From Octopus vulgaris (taxonomy: Eukaryota), in the NCBI GenBank assembly GCA_951406725.2, contig OX597818.1, positions 20,584,001 to 20,648,000 on the forward strand: 64,000 bases of DNA. The letters run 5' to 3'. The first letter of the stretch is position 1. Each line of letters begins with the position of its first letter. The notes beneath the pieces were generated by a model that searched no databases, had not been told where the DNA came from, and was given only the letters and a program-made list of their open reading frames with translations. The position numbers were made by a program, and so were the translations under genes. This document shows positions 26,565 to 40,785 of the stretch, in pieces.

Positions 26565-26802
26565 TGTGTATGTTTTTGTGTCCGTGTTTGTCCCCCCCCA
26601 CCATCGCTCGACGACCAATGCTGGTGTGTTTGCGTCCACGTAACTTAGTGGTTCGACAAAAAGAAACCGATAGGATAAGTACTAGGCTTACAAAGAATAA
26701 GTCCTGGGCCGATTTGCTCGACTAAAGGCGGTGCTCCAGCATGGCCGCAGCCAAATGACTGAAACAGGTAAAACAGTAAAAAAGAGTAAAAAGAGTAAAG
26801 AG
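26329..26802 (+). mobile_element. Full-length SINE family A
   Basis: Complete head and tail. Confidence 0.92.
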
Positions 26803-26813
26803 TATGTATGTTA

Positions 26814-27025
26814 AGGCGGAAAGCTGACAGGATCGTTACCGCGCCAGGCAAAATGCTTGGCAGCGTTTCAGCTGTCTTTAGTTCTGAGTTCAAATTCTTC
26901 TAAGGCCGACTTTGCGTTTCATGCTTCGAGGTTGATAAAATAAGTACCAGTCGACTACTGGAGTCGATATAATTGACTTGTACACCTCTTCCGAGATTGC
27001 TGTCTTTGTGCTAAAATTTGAAATC
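26814..27025 (+). mobile_element. SINE family B (diverged)
   Basis: Head and core homology. Confidence 0.8.
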
Positions 27026-27116
27026 AGTATGTACAGTATGTTGTAGTCATCGTTACTCTGATTATTCTACATTATGTTATTTTCTACAATAAATGCTCTA
27101 CCTAATTTCACAATAC

Positions 27117-27184
<68 letters not shown>

Positions 27185-27186
<2 letters not shown>

Positions 27187-27469
27187 AGGCACATGGCCTA
27201 GTGGTTAGAGCAGCGGACTCGCGGTCGAGGGATCGCGGGTTCGAATCTCAGACCGGGCGATGTGTGTGTTTGTGAGCGAAACACCTACACTCCACGCGGC
27301 TCCGGCAGAAGGTAATGGCGAATTTCTGCTGACTCTTTCGCCACAACTTTCTCTCACTCTTTCCTCCTGCATCTTGCAGCTCACCTGCGACGGTCCAGGT
27401 GGGGAACCTATACGACAAGGAAACTGGGAAACCGGCCCTTATGAGCCAGGCATGGCTCGAGAAGGAACA

Positions 27470-27474
<5 letters not shown>
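27185..27474 (+). mobile_element. SINE family C
   Basis: tRNA-like head GGAGGCACATGGCCTAGTGGTTAGAGCAGCGGACTCGCGGTC...GGTTCGAATC. Confidence 0.88.
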
Positions 27475-27507
<33 letters not shown>

Positions 27508-27508
27508 A

Positions 27509-27792
27509 TGACCGACCAGACCATCAGATGTTGTTACACATCGCTGGTCACAATGCGTTCGCATTGTTTTAGCCTTCGAATGATGCCACCCCGCTGGCTA
27601 AGTGAGCAGGCCAACAGAAGAAAGAGTGGGAGAAAGTGTGGTGAAAGAGTACAGCAGGGATCACCCCCCACCTGCCGGAGCCTCGGAGCTTTTTAGGTTT
27701 TTTCGCTCAATAAACACTCCGGTCTAGGAATCGAAACCGCGATCGTACGACCGCGAGTCCGCTGCCCTAAGCACTGGGCCATTGCGCCTCCA
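27509..27792 (-). mobile_element. SINE family C, tail-to-tail with the preceding copy but with a different tail
   Basis: Same head on the minus strand. Confidence 0.88.
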
Positions 27793-27810
27793 CTATATAT
27801 ATATATATAT

Positions 27811-28153
<343 letters not shown>

Positions 28154-28162
28154 GTGTATATA

Positions 28163-28206
<44 letters not shown>

Positions 28207-29746
28207 TATATATATATATGTATAAAATCAAAACCACCAAAACATGTATATTTACACATGGGTTCATGATCTTACAAACAGGTTACATGCATTTTCTAAA
28301 GGTTTTCAAAGGACAACAGGTTTAGTTTATGCAAAAGCTGCACTTTTACAACATATTTGACATATTCCGTGCAAAAGCTACAAATGAGCATTGTTATTCA
28401 TATTCACTGCAAAAGTTCCCGAAGAACAATATTTCTTACATAAACATGAGGCAGCACCAATACACCTTGGCTTTCTGAATTTTCAATCTGTAATTTCAAA
28501 TTCATTTTTTTTTTTTCGCTTAAATCAAGAACTACATGCAGTTAGTGTAATAAGTAAATAGGCTAAAATTGAATTCCTTATACTTCCCAGTAAGTTGAAT
28601 GTAAATGGTAATAGTGGAATATTGTGGAATATATGAAGTAGAATCATTTATAATGTAAATACAAATACATATATCGCATTAAATATAGATTGAGGACGCA
28701 TAGCGTATTACATATCTATTGATTAGATTTACGTATGAGAAAAAGGAGGAAATTAATTTGATCAACAGAATTTATTAGCATAAAAACATAGGTTGAATAT
28801 TATGAGACAAATAGGAAAGCAGAATGAACTTTCGAATCCGCCCCCACCCCAGAAGAAAGCAATAACCAGAACTACTCCAGACAATCGAGTAAGTTAGAAA
28901 GTAAATCATATTAAGCGGAACAAATTCGACAGATTTAAGTGGTTAGGTGTTACAAAAAAGTGCATACGCAATTACACGCAGCGTATTATATTGATAAATC
29001 AATGACAAAAGAACGGCGGTTGTGACAGGAAGTTCATAAATTTATGAAATAATGCCTGTTCTTTAGCCATTCATTTATTAATTCATTTATTAACTTACCA
29101 TTTCTATACACAAAGACCAAGAAGAAAACGTGCTGAAACAAGTTGTGTGAAACAGTTTGTTTTAATGAGGTACCTCTTGAAATTAATAAAGATTCTCATA
29201 TCTTCGATCATCTTCCGTTTCTCTCATTATATAAAAATGTATATATAAATATATATACATACATACATACATACATACATACATACATACATACATACAT
29301 TGTGGAAATCACCTAACGACCGAATAAGACCCCTACTTAAACTCATTAAGTTCACGCATTTGGATTTCGAGAATCCAAGAAAATCCTTGGTCGTGAATTT
29401 GCTTTCAGTGAATAAAATGTTGCACAGCAATGGACCCATTTTTCTGCGCAATCAGCTATCAAACCATTGGCACAACAGAGGTTCAGATGACCAGAAACCA
29501 ATTGCACTTCTGCTTTTTTAATACGTGTTTACCTTCTCCTAGAGGTAGCTCTAACGAGAACTAGGGGGTTCACAGGCTTAGTAAACCCATAGCTGGGACC
29601 CTAGCACGTGCTACTACTCAAGGTGAGAATAGACCTATGAAGAATAGTAGCTACGAGGTGATTCCTTTCGCCTTAAAACTCTGGTCCTCCTGTACTAGGG
29701 CCTCACAACCGGATGCAGTATAAAGTCATACTCAAGGCAAACACAC

Positions 29747-29812
<66 letters not shown>

Positions 29813-29817
<5 letters not shown>

Positions 29818-30225
29818 AGAACCTTTATGGCGAATTACAGCTCTTGTACCCTGACCCATTAATTCTCATTTGTACCTATCATCATAGGTGCATTAGGTTA
29901 CTTACCAACAGATTTTCACAAAAACCTATAAATAATCGGTTTCTCGGAGAAAGAGCAAAAGAAACTGATGCGGAATCTCCAAATCCAATCTACTAGTGGC
30001 ACAGTGAAGATTTGTAAGACATTCCAAAAATTCTCCGTCTGAGATTCTAATGTGTTGAGATACACACACTTGGGTATATGCATCAACAGTTCAACCAACA
30101 CACCAACTCAACCACAGATTTACTAACACCGGGGACTTTCTTAAAATGTCTTGTTGCTTTGTTAACGACCGACTTGAATCTCTCAAGATGAACTGAAATA
30201 AAACTCAAAGAAAAACCATACTATA
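29813..30225 (+). mobile_element. 3' end of an RLE-type LINE, second subfamily
   Basis: KEQKKLMRNLQIQSTSGTVKICKTFQKF matches the 21633-21890 protein; ends in (CATA)n. Confidence 0.8.
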
Positions 30226-30320
30226 CACACATACATACATATACATAAATACATACATACATACATACATACATACATACATACATACATACATACATAC
30301 ATACATACATACATACATAC

Positions 30321-30530
30321 CAGGACGCCATGATAGATCGTTAGCTCCTACATGCATTTTTTTCTCTCCTTGTTTCTCTCCTTGTTTTTTTTCTGTGTAT
30401 CTTTCGGTCGAAGAGCGTAGGTTCGAAACGTAAAAGACTTTTTCTATTCCTGAGCGCTATACTAATACATTTGTTTGTTTGTATTCCACCTGCCTTCGTC
30501 TTTTGTTTATTTTCGTAAACCTTCCCTTTA
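30321..30530 (+). mobile_element. Penelope-like pLTR fragment with hammerhead-like fold at 30400-30437
   Basis: TCTTT CGGTCGA A GAGC-GTAG-GTTC GAAA CG TA AAAGA. Confidence 0.7.
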
Positions 30531-32135
30531 CATACACACATATGAAGGAGCCTTGGATCTAGGTTAGAAACCGATTATTTTTCTATTGGCAAGAAATCTT
30601 GAAATAAAACTGATAAACATACATACATACATACATACATACATACATACATACATACATACATACATACATACGTACGTACGTACGTACGTACGTACGT
30701 ACTTATATGAGATATAAAAGCAACTAGCGTTTAAGATATAAAAGCAACTAGCAAAGAACATAACTTCAATAACATCAGCTAATCAAAATTTTGAAGTATA
30801 AAGACGGTTCAGTGTTAATGTGTGACTGATTTTATTTGCACATAAGATATGCGAAAGTTTTTTCTCTTTTTATTTTTCATTTATTTACTTATTTATTTAT
30901 CTATTTTTGCTTTTGAGATTTCAGATAAGTATGTAGGTGTAAGCTAAAAAAATATGGGACAGTGAATGGATCTTTGTGGTATTCAATAGAGGAATTTGAA
31001 AATTCTTAATGTGTTGCTGCTGTTGTTGTTGCTGTTGTTGTATGCAACAGACGCTTGCTGCCTCGAGCTAGCGTTTTGTACTGTTTCTAAGAAACGTCGC
31101 AAATTGTGGAGTATTTTGTAAGTGGACAACAGAGAATGGAGTTGTAGAGCATTTTTCGATGGCGGTGAGAGTTAGGATGAAGCATTTGTGGGGTTTCGTT
31201 GGTGCTGTTAAAGCCATCGCGTATTATTCTATAATGAAAAATCTGTGAGTAGTGTATTGGTCAAGTTTAGTGGCCTGAATCCGTTTTTGAATTGGAGAGT
31301 GGAATATGAAGGTCAGTAACGTACGTCTTTCTGGACTTTTAAAGAAAGTCATTGATTGCTAAGGGATGTTTGATAGTTTATCTGATAAGTTAAGCTTCAT
31401 TTGCCCAATTTCCAGATTCTGGAATTTTGTCACTATCGCTATGAATTTTAGTTGCTATTATACTCAGACACAGTTCTGAACTTGCATAAACATGGTCAAA
31501 ACCCTTGCATCTGTGACCACCTCGTATCACGTTTTTCAATTAGTATGTATCTAAAAGAATGGTATCCGATATTTCTTTCTTTTCTTTCTTCTTCTTGGTG
31601 ATAGTATTGCTTTGTATTAAGGTTATTTGGTTGGTATTTCTAGCAGTTCTAGAGACAACATAGTTTCTAGTTTCCTTCAATATCCAATAGTAGAAATAGT
31701 TTCCCATGTTAATGGTTGTTATGATTTGTCAGTGTTTTAAATGCTATATTGTATATTTGTAATTTTAACTGGCCCTGAATTTGAGATTTCACCATTCTTT
31801 TCTGATATGTCTGATGGAATTAAGGGGTCAAAACACGATCTAGGTCAGGGCGAAGAAGGTTTTTTTTCATATATATTTGAATGCCACATTGAATTAAGTG
31901 TAATCTAATTAGGCCTCATTAATAGAAAATGTTATTAATTATATGGAAAAAATGTAATTAGATTTTTTTGTGAAAATGTAATTACAAATATTAAACTAAG
32001 AAATAATTGTAAACTGACCTTTAATGAGCATGTATATATATATATATATATATACAGACATACATACATACATGCATACACACACATATATATATGCATA
32101 TGTGTGTGTGTGTGTGTGTGTATGTTTGTACTTAA

Positions 32136-32178
<43 letters not shown>

Positions 32179-32583
32179 GCACGTAATCAAAACGAATATA
32201 TTTTCTTTTAATGCAACAACCATTTCTCTGGAACGGCAGTATTTAAGGATCTCAAGGCCGAATACGGTTTTAATGGTGCCGGTTCTCCACTCTTAGTTTA
32301 GGTGGAAGGTATGTAACTTGCGTTTTGTCCTTCTCTTTTATTTTTGGGTGTGACAGCATTTTCATGAATAAGTTTTGAAAAAGTATTAAACTGTTTGATT
32401 ATGAAATTTGTTTGCTGTTAGACAGAGGGTATACAATTTGAAGTATATAACATGTGTGTATGTATAAACACCACAGGTATATATGTGCACAGATGTCTCT
32501 ACATGGATACATAAATATACATATATGTATATATATATATATATACATATATGTATATATATATATATATTTATATATAGATA

Positions 32584-32629
<46 letters not shown>

Positions 32630-32755
32630 CACACATACATACATATATGTACACACACACACATATATATACATACATACATATATATACACATACATAT
32701 ATATGTATATATGTATATATATATATATAAATATATACATATATACGTATATATG

Positions 32756-32787
<32 letters not shown>

Positions 32788-32891
32788 CATATATACGTAC
32801 ATATATACATATATATATATATATACTCTACAGACACACATACACACACATATACATACATATATATAAAATGTAGAGGAATTACCACTAT

Positions 32892-32956
32892 AGTGGACAC
32901 CCTATATGCTAAACATAGACGTCAAGACGTCTATGTTTAGCATATAGGTGTCCACT
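32892..32956. repeat. Near-perfect hairpin, arms of about 31 bp
   Basis: AGTGGACACC(C)TATATGCTAAACATAGACGTC-AA-GACGTCTATGTTTAGCATATAGGTGTCCACT. Confidence 0.9.
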
Positions 32957-32962
32957 TTTAGT

Positions 32963-33034
<72 letters not shown>

Positions 33035-33036
33035 AT

Positions 33037-33243
33037 AGCTGGCAGAATGGTTAGCACGCCAGGAAAAATGCCTTGCGGCATTTGGTCTGTCCTTATGTTC
33101 TGAGTTCAAATTCTGCCAAAGTCGACTTCCCATTTCATTCTTTCGGGGTCGGTAAAATAAGCGTCAGTCGAGCACTGGTATCTATGTAATCGATGTGTTC
33201 TTCATCTCTAATTTGTTGACCTTGTCCCCAAAATCTGAAGCCA
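33037..33243 (+). mobile_element. SINE family B
   Basis: Head and core homology. Confidence 0.8.
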
Positions 33244-33390
33244 ATACATATATATATATATATATATATACATATATTGTTGAAATTTACAGAAAAACAA
33301 AAGACGAAGACAGGTATATAAACAACAAACAGGTGTATTAGTTTAACGCTTGGGAAGGTGAGAAAATCTTTTAAGTTTCGAGCCTATACA

Positions 33391-33792
33391 TTATTACATA
33401 ACTGATATACAGTTATGTAATAATGGATGCTCTAAGATTTGAATATTACATTCTGGAGATGGTTTTCATCACGAAGAAAACCTTTACGAGCTCGCTTTCT
33501 CATATCAAGTACACTGTGATTTATTATATCAACTCTAATCGCCTTTCTGACGGAAGTTTGTAACAGCACGTAGGATCACATTTCGGGATGGTGTCTGTCG
33601 CTTTCCAAAATGCTGTTGGAGTTTTCTTTGGGCTGCAATGCTGGATCTTTGGCTGGTGAAGTATGCTTCGATCACGAATGCAATTTCTTATGAAGTTCAC
33701 GATATTATGGGGTTCACTCACACCAACTACCTAAAAAAATAGCAAAATCTTAGATAATATGTCGCACTCCTGTATATCAGTTATGGAATAAA
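33391..33792. mobile_element. Element bounded by terminal inverted repeats, truncating a pLTR fragment (33277-33388)
   Basis: Termini TTATTACATAACTGATATACAG and CTGTATATCAGTTATGGAATAA. Confidence 0.55.
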
Positions 33793-33952
33793 TAGATTTG
33801 GTACTCTATATCATTTTTATAATCCAAGATACTAGCATTTAAAATGTGTTCCATCATTATGTTCCGCCCTGTATATATATTTAGGCGTCCTCCTGGGATT
33901 AAAAACGGTAGTAACATCGGTTCCTACGGAACAGCCATGTTGTAGTGGCGAT

Positions 33953-34142
33953 AAAGAAGAAGAAGAAGAAGAAGAAGAAGAAGAAGAAGAAGAAGAAGAA
34001 GAAGAAGAAGAAGAAGAAGAAGAAGAAGAAGAAGAAGAAGAAGAAGAAGAAGAAGAAGAAGAAGAAGAAGAAGAAGAAGAAGAAGAAGAAGAAGAAGAAG
34101 AAGAAGAAGAAGAAGAAGAAGAAGAAGAAGAAGAAGAAGAAG
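33953..34142. repeat. Long pure (GAA)n, about 60 units
   Basis: Direct reading. Confidence 0.98.
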
Positions 34143-34169
34143 GGCAAAATGAAGGTGCCATGATTAAAT

Positions 34170-36504
34170 TTCTCATGAGACCCAACCGTCCAGATGGTAT
34201 TACTGCAGATGGTCATGGAGACGATGTTGCTAATGAAGTGCAACTTGAAAAGAAGATAGAGATGAAGCTGATGATGCTGATCCACCATAAACTACTGAAT
34301 AACATAACTCTAATATTAATTTGAAAGACAGTGGGATGTGGCCTGATAAGCTTTATCACGGTAACGGTATTCGGGAAATCCTTGTGCAACAAGGATCGAA
34401 GGGTGTGCATAATATTGACTGTGAATTCAAAGAAATTGTACGCCCAGGACAAATGACAAAACTGAAAGAGAAGACTAGAAGACGGTCAAGAAACTGGTTT
34501 TTTAGAACTTTACAAAACGGAGAAAAAATCTTCAGAACTTGGATGACATACTCTCCATCGAAATAAGCCGTGTTTTGTTTTTGTTGTAAGCTATTTTCAA
34601 GTGAAAACTCAAAGTTTTGCTCAGTTGATGGTTTCAAATCTTGATGGAAGTTGATACAAGATCATGAATCTAGCCTTGCGCATGAGAATGCATTTACTCA
34701 GTGGAAAGAGCGAGAAATTCGCCTTTCCAAAGGCAATGTAATAGACAAATAACAACAAACTCTTGTTGAAAATGAAACAAAGAAATGGACATAATTATGT
34801 TTCGTGTTAAGCAAAACCTAACTTTACGAGGCCACAGAGAAGACATTCGAGTTGAGAAGGCAAATGAAAATAAAGGAAATATTCTAGAGCTTCATCAACT
34901 GATTGGAAAATTCGACCCAGTGCTACGTGAACATTTGGTGAAAGTAAAAATCGATAAGTTTACAACTTCCTATCTCTCACCAAAAATTCAGAATGAATTT
35001 GTTAACGTCCTGGGAGATCAAGTGAGAATCAAAGTTATCGATGAAGTGTAACAGAGTGAATACTATTGCATTATTTTTGATAGTACTCCAGACATTTCTC
35101 ATATTGATCAAATTTCTCAGGTGCCACGTTATGTTAAAATAGGTGAAAAAGAAGTGAAAGTAGAAGAATCCTTTCTTCGTTTTATTGAGATAAAAGGCAA
35201 AAATACTGAGCAAATTACATCAACGATTCTGAAACAATTAGAAATGGACGACATTAACATTCAAGACTGTCGTGGACAAACATTTGTTAATGTGGCAATA
35301 ATGGCAGGTCATCGAGCCGGTGTTCAAGCGCACATCACAGAAGTTAATCCAAAGATTGTATTTGTGCCATGCTCCGATTACTCTCTGAATTTAGCAGCTA
35401 TGCATGCAGCTTCAGCGGATGCTGATTCAATTACAGTTTTAGCACATTGAACCGTTTACTTTCATTCTTCTCAGCCACAACTCACCGATGGGATATCTTG
35501 ATTGAGATAACTGGTGCAGCTTTCAAACGGGCTGGGGAAACGAGATGGAATAGTCGAGCAGATGCAGTAAAAGCTGTACATATAAACTTAAAATTCACGA
35601 AAATCATTGTTGTGCTAGAACGGTTGATGGAAGATGCAGAAAACACAACTTCGAGATCTGATGCAGGTTTAATTCTGTCATTTTCTTTTTTGTCGTTTCT
35701 TAGCCTTTGGAGAGATATACTTCCTGAAATTAATGACACTCAAAAGTACCTCCAAACAAAAGGTCTAGAGTTGCAACAATGTGCCATTAAACTATCAGCG
35801 TTGAAAACTTCTCTACTTGTAAGCAGAGACAAAACAGTAGATGACGCGTTGGCCTATTTAACCGAAATTTGTTCTGAAATGGGAATCAGCACAGAGCGTC
35901 GAATTCGCAAAAAGAAAAGAATGAGTTATGAAGAAAGTATCGATGCCGCCCTCAGCTACGACGCTGAGCTAAGGAAGAGAAATGTTATCAGTGATAGATA
36001 GACTGGTTGAAGAAATAACCTCTAGATTGGAAAGACTTCACGATATTGCAAAGAAATACACCTTTCTTACACCGTTCAATTTGTTAGATAAAGAGTGTAA
36101 TTGTGATGGAGATGCTTTTGATGAGAATATTAAAAGAGAAGACTTTCTGATTGAAAGGGCAAGACTGCAAAATTATTTGGCAGCTGCTGACGCTGAAGAC
36201 ATGGAAGGGCCTTTGCAAGTTCTTCAGTTTATTCAGAAATATAATCTTATTGATTCATTGCCAAATATTGTAATATTGTAATATTTTTAAGGACTTCTTA
36301 AATCGTGCCATTACTGTTGCTAGCTGCGAACGGTCCTTTTCTAAACTAAAGCTTATCAAGAACCACCTCAGGTCAACAATAATTCAAACAAGGTTGACTG
36401 ATTTGGCAATACTATCCATAGAGCGCGACCTTGCGGATAAAATTAATTTTGATGAAGTCGTTCAAGATTTCACGAAGAGTAAGGCACGTAAAATAAATTT
36501 ATAA
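34170..36504 (+). pseudogene. Decayed hAT transposase (ZMYM1-like, DUF4371 plus C-terminal dimerization domain)
   Basis: LTLRGHRE, GNILELHQLIGKFDPVLREHL, YLSPKIQNEF, DSTPDISHIDQ, DCRGQ, ETRWNSR and SCERSFSKLKLIKNHLRST; many stops and frameshifts. Confidence 0.92.
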
Positions 36505-36843
36505 ATCGTTTATTTTTGTAATTCACCCATTTTCTGTTCTTTAACATATTTTTCCTATCATTTTTTGTGTATAAACATAATAAAAGTAAGCAATAATAAA
36601 TCTGTGAACGAGATGTAAATAGTAACCGCTCGACAACGTAAAGTATACTAGCCATCTCAATATGGCTAACCACTAAGGGTGGGTGTTACTGTAGCTTGTA
36701 GCCCCAGGAGAACATCGTCTCCAGCTGGCATTAGGCACACTTTCTGTGCCCTTATGATATTTGCAAAGGGAGGTCATCCCTCTCTCGTAAACCTAAGTGA
36801 TACGCACGGACTGCAGTTTCGAGGTATTTGCCTCTTGTCAACG

Positions 36844-36955
36844 TCGGCCCGAGGCTATAGTAGGAGACACTTGCCCAAGTTGTCACGCAGTGGGACTGAA
36901 CGCGGAACTATGTGGTTCGTAAGCAAGCTACTTACCACACAGCCACTCCTACGCC
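36844..36955 (-). mobile_element. SINE family A head
   Basis: Homology. Confidence 0.8.
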
Positions 36956-37254
36956 TATATATATATATATATATTAAGATTAATCAGCCGAAATTGCGAG
37001 TATGATCCGGTTCTTGACTGAGGATAGAAAGCTTCGAATGATCCGTCCTTGTGTTTTTTTCTGTATCGTCTATCTGGATATTTTGTTGTCCCTTTTTCTA
37101 TCACCTAGCTGTCCGGATATTTTGCGTTCTTATCCCATTTTGTATATTATATATATATATATTATATATATATATATATATATCTATATATATATATATA
37201 TATATATATACATACATGCATACATATGTATGAGTATATTTGTACGAGAATATA

Positions 37255-37459
37255 CAGGGTGGCCCAAAAGTAGGTTTACAAGTTATTCAACTATCTCTTT
37301 CGCATTCATATAACAATTTAGATCTTAATTATATAAAAAAAATGAAACCATTATTCTAAGCTAATTTAGTTAATTGTGAGATATTTAAATGTAATAAAAT
37401 GTTTTAAAAGAAATTTGAAGTGCCTACGTGATAACTGTAAATCTACTTTTGGACCACCC

Positions 37460-37461
<2 letters not shown>
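37255..37461. mobile_element. Tc1/mariner-type MITE
   Basis: Termini TA|CAGGGTGGCCCAAAAGTAGGTTTACA and TGTAAATCTACTTTTGGACCACCCTG. Confidence 0.85.
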
Positions 37462-37515
<54 letters not shown>

Positions 37516-37799
37516 AAAGAGAGAGAGAGAAAGAGAAGTAAATGTAAGGATAAACATGTTAGGCAGGTCAACATGTTAGGCAGGTCAATATACAAAGTAT
37601 ATTAAATACATGAAATACAAACAAAAATGTATGTTTATTTACTAAAAGATCCAACTTACACAGAATAGAATTGATATAATGACCTGCCCAACTTGCTTAT
37701 CCCTACATTTACCTCTATACCCGCTCAAGTCTAAACCTCTTGACTACTAAGTGTATTCTGTAAGCAGAATATCTGATTCTCATCTATGAACTATAATAT

Positions 37800-38688
37800 A
37801 TAGTTACGATGGGTAACTTGTAGACATTTTCTATTTTTAATTTAGCGCATGCGTATTGTTTGTTTTTGATTTTGTCGACTACACAGTATAGTAGGATCAG
37901 TTGGGCACCGTCTGTAACAAAAACAACACCATGACGCAATTCACTCTACCAGAAATTTGGAAACGACATGCTGTGCTTTTTGGCATTTACGCCGGAAGCT
38001 CAAATATGAACATTTTAGAGTGTTTGGGTGTTAATCCGAGAACAGTGCAATTTGAGAACATGTACCGAGAGTGATAAAAATCAAACATCCAGTCAACATC
38101 ATACTGTTTGGAATGATCACTAGTGGTGGTGATTATGCCTCCATTCATCGTCCCACACGGCCTCACACTCAACATGGAGTCCTACATCAAAAGCCTGGAG
38201 GAGATAGTGCTGCTCTGGGTCAAGGGGGTGGCTGCTGAAACACCCTATGTTTGGCAACAGGACTCTGCACCATGCTAAACAGGCAAGAGAACCCAGTCAT
38301 GGCTGTCAGACAATTTCTGCGACCACATCACCCTTAATATCTGACCAACTAACTCACCAGACCGCAACCCCCTTGATTACTATGTGTGGCGCGCAGTTGA
38401 GCGAGAGACCAACAGAATTCCTTGTAACACCAAAGATGAACTGAAGGCAAGGATTTTGGCAGCATTCACCAACTTAAACAAGGAGACCATCCAGAAGAGT
38501 TGCAGGAGATTCCGAAGTTGTCTGGAGGCCTTGGTTGAAGCCAATGGCGAGTTTATTAAATAAATTTACTCTTTAGTATTTCAAGATATTTTAATGTAAT
38601 TTTGATAAATATATTTGTTAAAATTTGATGTCAGTGTTATTTTCATTTTCGCGTAATATAGACGACAGTTTATTCAAAGCACCCTGTG
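37800..38688 (+). mobile_element. Internally deleted DD37D (maT-type) transposon
   Basis: PYVWQQDSAPC...NSPDRNPLDYYVW with 37 codons between the second and third Asp; right terminus TTATTCAAAGCACCCTG. Confidence 0.85.
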
Positions 38689-38692
38689 TATG

Positions 38693-38741
<49 letters not shown>

Positions 38742-38779
38742 AGGCGCAATGTGGAGGCGCAATATATATATATATATGT

Positions 38780-38994
38780 GGAGGCGCAATGGCCTAGTGG
38801 TTAGGGCAGCGGACTTGCGGTGGGAGGATCGCGGTTTCGATTCCCAGACCAGGCGTTGTGTGTGTTTATTGAGCAAAAAAAACACCTAAAAGCTCCACGA
38901 GGCTCCGGCAGGAGGTGGTGATCCCTGCTGTACTCTTTCACCACTCTAAAGGCGGTGCTCCAGCATGGCCGCAGTCAAATGACTGAAACAAGTA

Positions 38995-38996
<2 letters not shown>
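38780..38996 (+). mobile_element. Chimeric SINE: family C head with family A tail and poly(A)
   Basis: The C body ends at TACTCTTTCACCACT and joins AAAGGCGGTGCTCCAGCATGGCCGCAGTC... Confidence 0.8.
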
Positions 38997-39082
<86 letters not shown>

Positions 39083-39083
<1 letters not shown>

Positions 39084-39443
39084 GGCGCGTGACTGTTAAG
39101 TAGTTTGCTTCCCAACTCCATGGTCCTAGGTTCAGTTGCCCTGTGTTGCACCTTGCGCAAGTGTGTTGCATTACCACCCTCAGCACGAGAGATTTGGTGC
39201 ACTGAAACCAAAGGAAGTCCGTAGTATAAACATACATACATGCCTGCGCGCGCGTTTGTTCCTTACCACCGATTAATAGCTGTTGCTGTGTTAACATCCC
39301 TGTAACCTAGCGTTTCGGCAAAAGAAATCGATGCAATTATTACCAGGCTTACAAAAATAAATGCTGTGGTCGTTTCGTTACACTAAAATTCTTCAAGGCG
39401 ATACCCCAGTATTGCCGCAGTCTAATGACTGAAACAAGTAAAA
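39083..39443 (+). mobile_element. Old SINE family A copy
   Basis: Diverged head, body and tail. Confidence 0.7.
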
Positions 39444-39465
39444 GATATATATGTATGTATATATA

Positions 39466-39561
<96 letters not shown>

Positions 39562-39582
39562 CATACATACATACATACATAC

Positions 39583-40137
<555 letters not shown>

Positions 40138-40146
40138 ATATATATA

Positions 40147-40482
40147 AAGATCCCAGCAATATCATCACGCTTCAGGACCAGCCACTGCAACACCCTGGGT
40201 TTCAAGGGCCCACAGCTTTTTAATATTCTCCCAAAGAGTCTGAGGAACTTGCACAAAGTAGATGTAGAGGTTTTTAAATCAAAGCTGGGCCTCTTCCTGT
40301 GGAGAGTTCCTGATGAACCTACCTCACGGCAAGAGGTGCAAATGAGGGTAGCTACATCAAACTCCATTCTTCACCAAGTCCCAAATATTAGAGGAGGCTC
40401 TCAGTAATAACAGTGTAGCACAAAACGGCGGTGCATCAGCATGGCCGCAGCTCTGAGCTGAAACTAAAAAATGAAAAAAAAA
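40147..40482 (+). mobile_element. 3' end of an APE-type LINE with a SINE-A-like tail
   Basis: GPQLFNILPKSLRNL...FKSKL..FL.RVPDEP...SNSILHQV (stop 40405-40407), then GGCGGTGCATCAGCATGGCCGCAGCTCTGAGCTGAAACTAAAAA. Confidence 0.88.
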
Positions 40483-40486
40483 GCAG

Positions 40487-40612
<126 letters not shown>

Positions 40613-40618
40613 TTATAT

Positions 40619-40732
<114 letters not shown>

Positions 40733-40785
40733 CGGAGATGTACTCGCATAAAAGTAATTTGATCTGAGATCGTGTGCTGAAACGA

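Noticed and set aside
27185-27258. tRNA gene (CGC anticodon-like loop)
   Set aside because: It is the head of a multi-copy SINE that continues into a shared body; the acceptor stem is not intact.
31030-31420. Possible coding remnant on the minus strand
   Set aside because: It is partly open but has no recognisable motif.
34170-36504. Host ZMYM1-like gene
   Set aside because: Multiple stops and frameshifts and no introns indicate a dead hAT transposase.
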